Assembly: GCA_013265495.1 (NCBI GenBank)
Contig: MU061578.1
Location: forward strand, 3,731,308-3,791,307
Origin: Vicugna vicugna
Lineage: Eukaryota
Reading direction: 5' to 3'
DNA: 60,000 nt
Every line of letters starts with the position of its first letter. Position 1 is the stretch's first letter. Positions 35,900 to 47,107 of this stretch are shown piece after piece. A model generated the notes under the pieces. It saw nothing but the letters and a program-made list of their open reading frames with translations. It searched no databases and was not told where the DNA came from. The position numbers and the translations under genes were made by a program.

Positions 35900-38800
35900 G
35901 TGGGTCTGAGACCCACTCCCAGGCTGAATTTCCCTGGCAAATGGGAACCTTTCTTTCCACTATCTTTCCCTCAGAGCACAGCAGAGCCTCACCTACCCCT
36001 CTAACCACACTGGACCCTGCAAGACCCCCTTGAATTCCTCCCGTGGAGGGATCCGGCAGGAGTTACTATCTCCTGGGGATCCCACCCCATAGGCAGGCCT
36101 GTGCTGCTGAGGCCCCTGGAGTCTGGGGTCCCAGGCATTCTGGCCACCTGGCCCTGACCAGGGTGGCTGTGAAGACCCTCATCCACCCCCACACACCCTG
36201 TTACCATTTCACGATCCGGTGCTGCTGTCTGCCTGGCTGTCTCCGGCGTCAATGCCCCAGTGGCTTGTGAAAGAGCCCTTTCATGCCTTCCCCAGGCGCC
36301 CGTGGCTTCCCCCTGGGCCATCCAAGACCAACAGGCCTCAGGCCAGCTTCAGAGCTCCCAGGCAGGAGGCTCACCGGGCCCCACTGCCCGCCGCCCAGCC
36401 TGCCCTCTGCCCGCCACCTGCCACGACTGTGCAGTCCTGCCATGGGAGCTCCAGGGTCCTCCTGCCATGTGTGGCTCTGGGGACCTGGGGCATCTGGGAC
36501 TGGTGGGTTGAGGGTGGCACCATGATCTGACCACTGTCCTCCATCTGGGGTGCAGCAAGTGGAATCCTTAAGGGGGAGTCGGGGAGGTTGGAGCTGAGTC
36601 TGAGTGGAGACTGGTGTGGAGGCCGGAGACCAGAGCAGGGGGAGACGCCTTCCTGTCTCTGGCTGGAACATGAGGGCTGGGCCTGGCAGGTGGAACCCTG
36701 GAGAGCCACGTGTAGCCAGGCCCATGGTGTCCGCCCCCACTTCCCGCTGCGCCCTCCCAGGGTCACGCTGCCCAGTGGAGTGAGAGGCCTGCTCTGACAC
36801 CCTGTTGGAGGCCCTCGGCGTTCACCCAGCTTTTCAGCGGATAAGAGTTGTGTCCCTGGGGTGCCAACCCCCCAGCAGGAATGACTCACAGAGTCCTCAG
36901 GCAGTGGCAGGTGGGGGCTGTGCCCACACCAGGGCCTGGCCTCATCCTCCTCTGGGCCTGGACAGCTGAACACTAGGCCTGGGGCAGGGTCTGGCACCTC
37001 TGCCTCTGAACATGGGGATGTGTGATTCCCTGGGAAGTGTCCGCAGCTATCCCCATCCCCATCACCACCACCAAGCCAGGCTGCCTGGCTGGGAAAGGCA
37101 CCAGAGGTGGCCTGGGGAACTGTGGCCGCCTTACCAGGAAGGCAGCTGGGGCCGGCTCACTCGTCTCTGCCAATCTGTGCACAGCCCAGGGGCCAGCTCT
37201 CCTGTCAGGCTCCCCTCACCAGCCCTCCTCACTGATGACCAGGGAGGGGGCAAGAACAGAGGTAGAGAGGGCTCTGCTTTTGGGGGTTCCCATGCCAGGC
37301 TAAGGGGAGTGAATTTTATGATGGCTGTGAGCGGAGGACCACACCAGCTGGAGCTAGTTCCCAGACATCCACCCCCCACCCACCCCCACCCCCTGGAGAT
37401 GACAGCTCACACTCCAGCAGGGCTCAGCGGCCCCTATGCCTTGTCAGCACTGCTGGAATCTGGATTCAAGTGGGTCTGACTCTGTGTGGCCTAGATGGAG
37501 GCTTCTGCAGGCACCACCCAGGGCGGGCTAGCCCAGGCTCCTGTGGGAGTCACTGGGCCAAGGAGCGGGCTGGGGGCTCCTCTCTGCCCACCCTGCTGTT
37601 GTCTCTGGGGGCTCCTGGGGTTCCCAGAGAAAGGCAGACACCAGAGCTCTGCTGCCCCCTGCATCTGAGCCTCAGTTTCTCCACCTGTAAAATGGGCACT
37701 AACAGACTAAGAAGCAGCCAGTGTCCTCCATAGTGGATGGAAACACCACAGGCTTCCGCCATGCTGCAGGGCCCTCATGTCCCTCCCCCGGCAGGGGCTG
37801 AATCCCTGCTGGTGGGTGTAACCATCTGTCCTGGCTTCAGGCTCCCCAGGGAGACTGATTCTACAGCGTGACTGACACAGCCAAAGCCTCAGGAATTTGC
37901 TGTGTGGCCTGGAGCCACCTCTCAGATTGCTCCAGGGCCTGGTCATTTGTCTCTACAAGAGAACAAAATTTCCCCTCTCACAGGTGGCCATGAGACAATG
38001 CAGACAATGAATTCCCAGCTGGTGCAGCGGCCCCTGGGGACCGTGCTGTGCCCTCCCAGCCTGTGGAGATAATGACCTTCACACAGCACCCCACTTAGCT
38101 CCCCATCAGCTGCCACTCTCCAGGGGGCTGGGACGAGGAGGCCCTCAGTGCTGATGGTGACACTGCACAGCCTGCCTCGGCCTCGGGCGATAATGGGGGT
38201 CTGACGTGCATGAGGCGGAGTTATTAGCCTCTTAATGGATGCTTCCCACTTCCTGTTGATGAGCTGCTGCGGGGGGTCGAGGTGTAGGAGGGTGGACCGT
38301 GGTTGAGAGCTTGTCTGTGGGGCTTGAGGGGCACAGAGAGAGGGCCTCATTGCCACCCGCCCCTCCTCAGTGCCTGGCCGTCCTGGAGGAGGCCCCGATG
38401 CTGCGCGCAGGGGGGCTGCAGTTTTGCCCAGAGCCGTGGACGCAGGGCGAGGGCAGGGTGGGGCTGGGTGGGCAGATGGGGGCTCCGTGGCCCCCCTACA
38501 CCCTCCCAACTCACTTGCTGAGTGAATGCAGGAAGAAACAGTGGAGCACAGATGCTCCCCGGGAGACATCACTGAGGAGCCACATGGTCCCCTTCTAACT
38601 TGGAACATACTCTGTCCCACCCTGGTTGGGCTCCCTAACCTCACTGGAAATTTATGAACTTGAAGTTACTTGAAATGGCTTAATAAATGGGATGAAGGTA
38701 TAGACAGCAGTGACATCTATGAAACAGTACACCTTGGAACTTAAAAAAATAAAGGGAGGGGTTGGACGAGGAGCCTGGCCGCCACAGAGGTGACCAAGGC

Positions 38801-39307
38801 AGCTGAGGGTGGAGGCCCCCTCCAGCCCTGACCCTGCCTCCTGGCTCAGGGTCTGCCCTGAGTGCTGGCCCTGTGCTGGGTGGGGTGGCAGGCAGAAGTC
38901 CCAGGTCCTGTCTGGTGCCCTCAAGGGGCTTGGAGGCACTGCACGGACACCCGCAGCCCTGGGGCCAAGTCCCTCAGGGCAGAGCCGGGCCAGCAGTGTG
39001 TCCTGACACCTCTGCTCCAGGCTCACCTCCTGCTCTCCCGCTAATGGGGGAAGTGCTTGACCGGCCTCAGGTGACAGCATCAGGGCACAAGGAAGAAAAG
39101 GAACAGGGCTTCAGTTATCACTGTAGTGACCAGAGCTGTGATGAGTGATGGGGGGGCCTCGATGGCCCTTGGCTGACCCCTTTCTCCAGGTGGCGACTGG
39201 CGGGGCCCCAGGCTCTGACCCCTGGCCTCCCATGGCTGAGATGATGGGATCCACAGGTAAAGCTCACCTACCCAGGAACACCCCCCAAGTAGAGAGCTCA
39301 CGCGTTC

Positions 39308-39313
39308 TTTATT
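39308..39313 (-). terminator. TEKT4: TEKT4 polyadenylation signal
   Basis: Minus-strand AATAAA 45 nt after the stop codon. Confidence 0.75.
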
Positions 39314-39358
39314 TGAGTAGGGGGACTGGTCCCTGCGCCCGACCGGATGCTGACACTG

Positions 39359-39575
39359 TCACTGGTAGCCAGCCAGCTGGAGGGCGGTGGGGTAGTGGGC
39401 ACGGTGGGTCATGCACTTCTGGCGGTCGATGAAGAGGCTGTTGGTCTTGATGGCAATGTCCTTCTCCAGGCTCATGCGCGTGTCCTCCAGGTTGCGCAGG
39501 GACTGCTCCGCTTCCAGAAGCTTCTCTCTCAGTGCCGCCAGGGACAAGTTCAGCTCCTCCACCTCACTCACCAGC
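39359..39575 (-). CDS. TEKT4: Tektin-4 coding exon 6
   Basis: Acceptor ccccacag|G. Encodes LVSEVEEL...LEKDIAIKTNSLFIDRQKCM...YPTALQLAGYQ*. 217 nt. Confidence 0.95.
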
Positions 39576-40339
39576 CTGTGGGGATTGGAGGGGCCGGTGA
39601 GCTGGGACTGAACGGGGATGACTGGCCAGCTGAGGGGGAAGGCGAGGCCCAAGATTCAAAGTCTGGGAGCCCTGGTGGGGGGCCCTGGCCAAGACACTAG
39701 GCCACAGAAGAGCCACAAAAGGCTGGAAGGGACACCCAGCAGCCCCCGGGAGGGGGCTGGGCCAGGACATCACACGAACTTCTATTCCTTCTGGTCTTGG
39801 TCCCTCAGATCCAGGGGCAGGCCCCAATTTCCTGAAGGAATTGAGGGGCAGGAAAGGAGGAATGCCCAAAGAGGGCACTTCTGCTTACAAGGGTGACCGG
39901 GCGCTTAATAAATTGGAAAAACAGAAGACGTGACCCCACCTACACCTCAGGCGGGAGACGTGGGTCCACTGCGATATCAGAGGTGTGAAGAGTCGTGAGC
40001 AGGGTGGGCAGGGTGCCCAAGTGGCCTAGGGACCTTGGCCTCCCAGACCCCAGAAGTCCTCACCAGGGAGATCACACAGCATGGGGGGAAGTGGGAAGTT
40101 CCCCTGACACCCAGTGTTCCCCAAAGAGCATCCAGGGTCCCGTCATGCTGGGGCAGGAGGGGGGACATGGGAACCCCGAGTGTGTAAGGCGGGCTTGTGT
40201 GGGGCCCAACATAGTTCCTCTTCACGTCTGCGAGGCTATGTGTTGTGGGGGTTAAGGGAGCCCCAGAGGCAGGTGGATGGCATGTGGACAGTGGATGGTG
40301 ACTGGGCCCAGCCCAGAACAGCCGTGGCAGCGGCAGTCA

Positions 40340-40729
<390 letters not shown>

Positions 40730-41172
40730 TCAGGGGTTGAAGAGACAAAAACAGCAAAGGTCACCCTGAGAGCCTTGGGTCAGAGTCCTGCCAGGCCAGG
40801 ACCAGAACCAGGGACATCCAACTAGGCAGCAGAGCCCTTCCACCTTCTTGCACCTTCATGCCTCCTGCTTGCATCTGGTCAATCACTGATGGCAATGCCA
40901 CCAACCCCAAATGTCACTTGGTTTCCCAGGGAAGAGTGGCGGCCCTGCTTCTCGGGTCCCTCAGGATGGGCCGGCAGAGGGGGAGCAGGCGCCAGCCCAG
41001 GTCGTGACCAGGGCATAGTGGCCAGTGAGGCGGGAGAGGGCTGGGCTATGCTCTCTGAGCCTGGTCTTTCTCTGTGGTTAAGGACCTCAGCCTCTGGGGC
41101 TGCCCTAGGCATGGCTTGGTGATGGGCTGGGCATGGCCTGATGTGGGTTGGGTGAGGCCAGGGCTGCCCCAC

Positions 41173-41395
41173 CTTTCGCAGATGCTGCTCCAGCTTGTGG
41201 CGCGCATCCTCCAGCTCCTCACAGCAGCTCCCGAAGGCCAGATTCACTGCATCACACTGTAGCCGCAGGTCCTCGGCTGTGTCCTGCAGGATGCAGTCGA
41301 TGAGCTCCCGCAGGTTGACTGAGGCCAGACGTTCCCGCTCCGCTCGGTACAGGTTGTCCTGGGTGAACTTGGCCCAGGTCTCAGGCGTGGAGGCA
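41173..41395 (-). CDS. TEKT4: Tektin-4 coding exon 4
   Basis: Acceptor ccccgctcgcag|T. Encodes ASTPETWAKFTQDNLYRAERERLAS...KLEQHLRK. Donor AAG|GTGGGG. 223 nt. Confidence 0.95.
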
Positions 41396-41738
41396 CTGCG
41401 AGCGGGGAGTGGGCCGGCACCGCAGTTGGTGGGGGTACCTGCCAACAGCTCTGGTGCCCACCAGAGCCTTCCTCGTGCCCCCTACGCCCAGTGTCCCTTG
41501 CGCCCCAGCACAAACGACCAACCCCAGTCCTAGTGTCACCCCTTGCCCCCACGTCCCGCCAAGCTCCCCACGCCTCTTCGTGCGCCCCTCCGTGCGCTCC
41601 CTGTGCCTCTTGCACCCCCAGCTCTGCCCCGCTATCCCGCACCCCAAGTTCCCCCAGTGTCTCTCATGCCTCCTGAATCCCTCCCTTGGTTCCCGCGCCC
41701 TGTGTCCCCAAGGGCTGCGCTGCGATGAGCGGTGGCAG

Positions 41739-41755
41739 AGCGCCCCCTGCCGGTC
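41739..41755 (-). promoter_or_regulatory. CTCF motif, reverse, in CpG-rich TEKT4 intron 3
   Basis: AGCGCCCCCTGCCGGTC, whose core reads CCGGCAGGGGGCGC on the minus strand. Confidence 0.55.
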
Positions 41756-42058
41756 GCGTGCGGAGCTGCATGTCAGCGCCCCTGCTTCCGGCCGCCTTTG
41801 AGTCTGGGTCCTGCTCCCTCCGCAAACCCCAGCCTCTCTAGTGAACTGTGTGTGCTGGGCACTTGCACAGGGGTCCTGCTCGCCTGTCCATTCTTAGGAG
41901 CAGAAGAGCTACACAAGGGCCCCCTGTGGTGAGGGCCTCGGGGCGCCCCTGTTCCCCGCAGGTGGGGGCTAGGTGGAGGGGCGCGAGAATAAGGGCGGGG
42001 GACAGGGCGATTGTGAACACTTCCTAGCGGAGGGTCCTTGGAGGGGCTGGGGGCCCAC

Positions 42059-42202
42059 CTCTCCTCGAATGTGGCTGAGTGCGGATAGAGCTGCACCTCC
42101 GTGCTTTGGTTGTGGTAGCGGCAGCAGGTGTCATCGATGTTGTAGGCCTCCACCTTGTCAGACCAGTCCATCTCGCAGGTTTCCTTGTGCTCCTGGTTGA
42201 GC
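42059..42202 (-). CDS. TEKT4: Tektin-4 coding exon 3
   Basis: Acceptor cctcccccag|G. Encodes LNQEHKETCEMDWSDKVEAYNIDD...FEE. Donor AG|GTGGGC. 144 nt. Confidence 0.95.
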
Positions 42203-42579
42203 CTGGGGGAGGCGGGCAGTGCCTGCGTCTGTGTGGGAGGTGGGAGGGGAGCTGGGCCCACCCAGGAGTTGGGCAAGGCATGGCCTCCCAGCAGCAGGGG
42301 TGCCTCATCTGCCCAGGGTGGACCCAGAGATGCTGGCCTGGGTTCTCAATGCCAAGTACTTTCTGCTCCCTCCCACCCTCCCTCCCATTCCTGTGTATAA
42401 TATTCCACCCCCCTGCCCAGTACCCCCACCCAGCCCCACAGACCTGGCTGTGACCCAGGACAATCCCTCACCTCTCAGAGCCACAGGGCAAGGTCACCCT
42501 GACTTCCTGCCCATAGCTGGCCTGAGGGGTGGGGTTAGGGGTCATCCCGAGGGCAGCCCTAGAGGCTGCCTAGACCCAC

Positions 42580-42650
42580 CGAATCTGGTTCACCGCCTGC
42601 ATGATGGTCCTCTTTAGGAGCTCCTGAATGTTCCGGATGAGCTCGGCCTC
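42580..42650 (-). CDS. TEKT4: Tektin-4 coding exon 2 (not in the supplied ORF track)
   Basis: Manually translated. Acceptor tctcccccag|GAG, encodes EAELIRNIQELLKRTIMQAVNQI-R, donor CG|GTGGGT. 71 nt, with phases matching exons 1 and 3. Confidence 0.93.
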
Positions 42651-44522
42651 CTGGGGGAGAAGACCCCCATCCTTGGTGAGGATCTGAGGTCCGCCAGATC
42701 CTCACCGCACCTCACCACCCACAGTCAGCTTCCTAAAGGGAGGGGCTGAGATTTGGAGCAATGCCCCAGGGAACTAGGGCCTCGGCCAGCACCTGACCCC
42801 TGCTGGTGGCCCTGGGCCAGATGCCCACCTTGTTGACTCCCAGCCTCTTTCCTGGAAATGGGAGACAAGCCCAGCTTTCTGGCTGGGTTTAATCTGGGGG
42901 GTTGAATATCCTCACTGCTGTGAGTCTTTTCTTCTGGGATGACAGGAGGGGCACCCAGAGGTGGTTCCTACATGCAGGGCACTCAGCACCCCCTGGGTTC
43001 TGGGGGCCATCCCTGCAGCCTTCCCAGGACACTGAGGGCACCAGCCTGCCCCTTGGCTCCTGGATAGCCAGGCAACAGCCTCCGAGGACTCGGGCAACTG
43101 GGAACCAGGAGCCCTCCCAGGGCTGCACCTTGGGGCCTTGGGCTCAGAGAGGCCTTCCGCACAGGGAAAACTTGGTGCTTCTTCCTACTACCTTGACAGT
43201 TCCATTTTCTGTGTAGCAACAATGCTTTCCCTTTGATTTGAATTTTCGCCTCCATCCGGCTCTAAACCCTCGTGTATCGGAGTCTGACCCATAGGTCTGT
43301 CTCCCTGTCCCGGCACTGTTGTCATCCATGTACCGCTGGGGGAGGAGGGGCTGGCTCAGGGCGGAAGGGTTGTTCCTGGAGCCTTGGGAGGTTCTTGAGC
43401 AGCTGAATGTGAGAGCAAGTGGCAAGGGGCAGAGGGTCGGCCTGGGGCCGGAGGGGAGTCCAGGAGGGGGAGGGGACACACTTGAGGTTCTGGCCTGAGT
43501 TTGGGGGATGCAGGGATGCAGGGGATGCCTGGGCTCCTGGGCTAGCTGTTTGTCTCCCTGACCTCTCATGAGTTCCCACAGCCTGCAGCCTGTTCACAGG
43601 TGAGGCTCTGAATGGCGCGGGAACTCTGCCCTGCCAGGAGCAGAGGCCTGGCCTGGCTAACTGCCTGATCCTTTTGGAGGCTGCCCCAAGGACAGGTCCT
43701 GCCAGGTTCAGAGAGGATAAGGCTCCTTGTGAGATGCCTGTGGCCTCCAACCCACCTTCACCCCATCGACACGTGTGCTCTGGTCTGTGGCTGGATTTCC
43801 AAAACAGGCATCAGGGATGGGGGGTGGGCGTGGTGGGCTCAGCCTCTGGGAACTCAGGGTCAGGCTTAATTTGCATGACCCAGGGTGACCAAAGGGACTG
43901 TTCAGCAGGTGCCAGGATCCAGGGATGACTAAGGGACCACCCAGTGGGTGGTGCAGGTGCCACCAGGACCTGACCAAGAGGGTCTCCCCTTGCCCCACCT
44001 CAGGCAGCTGCTCTTGGGGCTCAGCTCAGTCCCTTCCTGGTTTTCAGGGGGAGTGTGGAGGGGTGTCAGGGCTTGGGGGAACCAGCCAGACACCCCCCAC
44101 CTCAGTGGCCTCTGACTATCCCATCCTCAGGCAAACATCCCAACACTCATTCCAGATGTGGCTACTGCCATGGCCAGGGCCCCGCCTCACCCCCAGGTGT
44201 GAGCCTTAAAAGGGGAGGCCCTGGACACTGGGCTGGGACAAGTGGACAAGCACCAAGATCCAGCCCCAGCCCCCAGACGTGCTCAAATCCCCATGCTGGG
44301 ACCTGCTTCCAGGCCATGGGGCCCCCAACCCATCATGTCGTGGCTGGGTCCAACTTGCAGGGAGCCCGGCCTTGCCCACAACCCGCTGTAAGGCCCAGGC
44401 TGTGGGCAGGTCAGACCCACACCCTCCTGGAACCAGGGACAGCACCTCCTTCCTGGGCAGCCTGAGCCCTGACTTGGCTCCCACCCGGGGCTGCCCAGCA
44501 CCTAGTTGGTTCCGGTCCCTGA

Positions 44523-44580
44523 CCAGCCACGTGTCAAGGTGCAGGAGAAGGCGTATGGACTTACTAAATTTATTTGTTTC
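44523..44580. repeat. 58-bp dispersed direct repeat, copy 1 (TEKT4 intron 1)
   Basis: ccagccacgtgtcaaggtgcaggagaaggcgtatggacttactaaatttatttgtttc is 51/58 identical, ungapped, to 47050-47107. Confidence 0.9.
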
Positions 44581-44776
44581 TCAGTGTCTGGGCGTGTGCC
44601 CGGGCACATGTTCTACGTGTGCCTGTGTGTCCCTGTGTGCGCTGCAGGGCACAGGCTCCCTGTGCCTATGTGCAGCCACACAGTGCACATGCACCAAGGT
44701 CTCTGCCAGCCAGGTGGGGGCACACACGTGCCCACCCTTGGCCCAGGGGAGGTAATGGGACCGGAAGGGGTTGAAC

Positions 44777-45310
44777 CTTCAGCAGCTCCATCTCCACGCA
44801 GTCGCGCACGAGGTCAGGGTGCTGGCGGCGCTCCCGGCATTGCAGGTTGTCGGTGGCGATGGAGAACGGCACAGCCGTGGCATCCAGGGCACGCTCCAGC
44901 CGCTGCTTCTGGGCCAGCAGCAAGTCAGTCTCTGCAACCAGCTCTCCCACCTGGCGCTGCAGCTCTGACTTCCAGCAGTGCATGTCCTGCAAGCGTTCGC
45001 CCATCTTCCTCGTGGAGTCCTTCTGTGTGCGCTGTGCCAGCGCTTCTGTCTCGGCTGCCAGCTGCTGGCTCTCGTGGCGCTGCCTCTCTGACTGGTCGCG
45101 GTCAGCGAAGGCCTGGTGGTAGCGGGCATAGCAGTTCTGGAACCACTCATCCACCAGGTACTTGGCCGTGCGGAAGCCAGCGGTGGCCAGGCCCGAGGAC
45201 GTATGGGCGCCTGTATTTCGGGCCACATCATACAGCTTGCGGGGCAGCTGGCATGCCTGCACCGTCTGCGGGGCAGGCTCTTTCGTCAGGAGTACATCCG
45301 TCTGTGCCAT
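44777..45310 (-). CDS. TEKT4: Tektin-4 coding exon 1 (178 codons; full CDS 1344 nt, 447 aa)
   Basis: Kozak gcaccATGG. Encodes MAQTD...GLATAGFRTAKY...ERLQDMHCWKSEL...DNLQCRERRQHPDLVRDCVEMELLK. Donor AAG|GTTCAA. Confidence 0.95.
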
Positions 45311-45413
45311 GGTGCCACCTGGGCACAGGTTGGGGGGAAATGGAGGAGGGCCACTCAGCACAGTCAGCAGGGCAGCTCTGGCCACTCTGTCCCCAAGCAG
45401 GATGTGGTTCCTG

Positions 45414-45460
45414 GTCTCCTGGAGACAGGTATACACCAAGCCTTCCTGTTGCTAAGCAAT
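45414..45460. promoter_or_regulatory. TEKT4: Two RFX X-box-like palindromes in the TEKT4 promoter
   Basis: GTCTCC-T-GGAGAC (45414-45426) and GTTGC-TAA-GCAAT (45448-45460), 104-150 bp upstream of the ATG of a ciliary gene. Confidence 0.6.
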
Positions 45461-47049
45461 GGGGTCCCCTCCCCTGCCTCAGAATGGCCCTCTTAAAGGG
45501 CCAGGTGGGCCCCAGCCCCACCTGTCCTGGCCATGTCTGGCACCTACCTGGAGGAATTGCACCCAAGGTCAGGCCCTTTGTCTCCTGCTTCTTGTCCCAG
45601 TGGATTGCTCCCCTGGGGCACACAGGTGTCTTTGATGGGGAGTTGAATTCAGCCTTCACTGGGTACCTGGAATCAGAAGCCTAAATCTTCCTCACATGGA
45701 GGAGGCAGGTCTTGTCCTGGGGACAGTGTCTCCAGGGCCACCCAGTTGGGTTCATGTTTCCTAATCTCCAGGGGTACATCTGCAGGTGCCCCATCCTGGA
45801 GCGTGAGTGCCTGGGCGATGTCCAACATGGCCAGCAGAGGGCACCATTGGCCACAAAATGGTGTGTCTCGATGGGGAGGGGCAGAGGCTCCTTCGGTTCT
45901 CCTGAGTCAGTCCAGCCGGAATAACTCTGGTCTGGATGACCGCTACTCCTCCTGCTCTGACTCCTCCCATGGGACCCTCCAGTCCTCTGCAGGACATCTG
46001 CACCCTGCTCCCAGTACAGCCCCATGGCCCCTGCCCCTTTGCCTCTTTCACCACTGCCTGGTTCCCCGCTCAGGCCTCAGGAGTCTCCGGACCTCCTCAG
46101 ACATACCAGCCTGGGCTGGCTCTTGGCCTAGGCCCCCCGTGCCCTCCTCCAGGGGCCCTGACCCTCAGCACTGTCACCCCTCACTTGGCTGATGGCATTT
46201 ACACCACCCACCATACAGCATGTGCTTCATAAACATGGACTTTGGACAGCAGCCGGAGACCTCTCCCAACCCAGAGCCCACCCTCGAGGGCAGGTCAGGG
46301 GACCCCTAGGGCTGGCACCCTTGAGCTGTCTGTGCCTTGGTTTCCCCAGGTGGCAGCGTACATACAGGGGTGGGTGGGGACCTGCAGCTGGGACCACTGT
46401 CCACCTTTTATTAGAAACTTCTCTTCATGCATCATCTATCCCCCATGGCCAGAGCAGAGTGGACCTACTGGGGTCTGACCCAGGAAACCAGCCAGAACAC
46501 TTGGGGCTGGAACCAAGCTCCTTGACCTTGGAGGACCCTGTGGTATGGCAAGTGGGCCGGCAGGGGGCTCTCTTCATGTGGGGGTCCTGTTCTAACTTGC
46601 CGCATGACAGGACATGGTCCCCAAGGCAGGAGCCCCAGGCCAATCTGGCCATGACCTTGGACAGCGGCAGACCCTATGGCCTCCAGCCTTCAGTCCAGAG
46701 GTGAGTGGTATTTCTGGGGTGAAGATGCCTTGGGACGCCCCTTAGGTTGGAATCTGGCCCTGCCCTTTACCACTGGCCAGACAGAAGCCTCCCCCACCCC
46801 ATCCTCAGTTTCCCCATCCAGGGAGGGAATGGGGTTATACCGGCCACTGCATGAAGCTGCTGTGGACATGGCCTGAGCAGAGACCAGTAAGTGGCTGGCC
46901 TGATGCCTGGTGCTGGGAGTGACCAGTACCCCGCTGAGCCCCTCCCACCCCACACAGCTCCCCCAGCCTCTCAGGATCTCTGGTCATGAGTCCCCAGTCA
47001 GGCCCGTTGCCGGGACCACTGTGAGTGAGGCCTGTGTAGGTGAATGGGT

Positions 47050-47107
47050 CCAGCCTCGTATCAGGGTGCAGGAGCGGGCGTAAGGACTTATTAAATTTAT
47101 TTGTTTC
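47050..47107. repeat. 58-bp dispersed direct repeat, copy 2 (upstream of TEKT4)
   Basis: ccagcctcgtatcagggtgcaggagcgggcgtaaggacttattaaatttatttgtttc. Confidence 0.9.

Noticed and set aside
44506..45684. 392-aa plus-strand ORF, the longest in the track
   Set aside because: Non-ATG start, antisense to TEKT4 exon 1, and low-complexity Pro/Gly/Ala/Ser content with no recognisable domain. A GC-rich shadow ORF.
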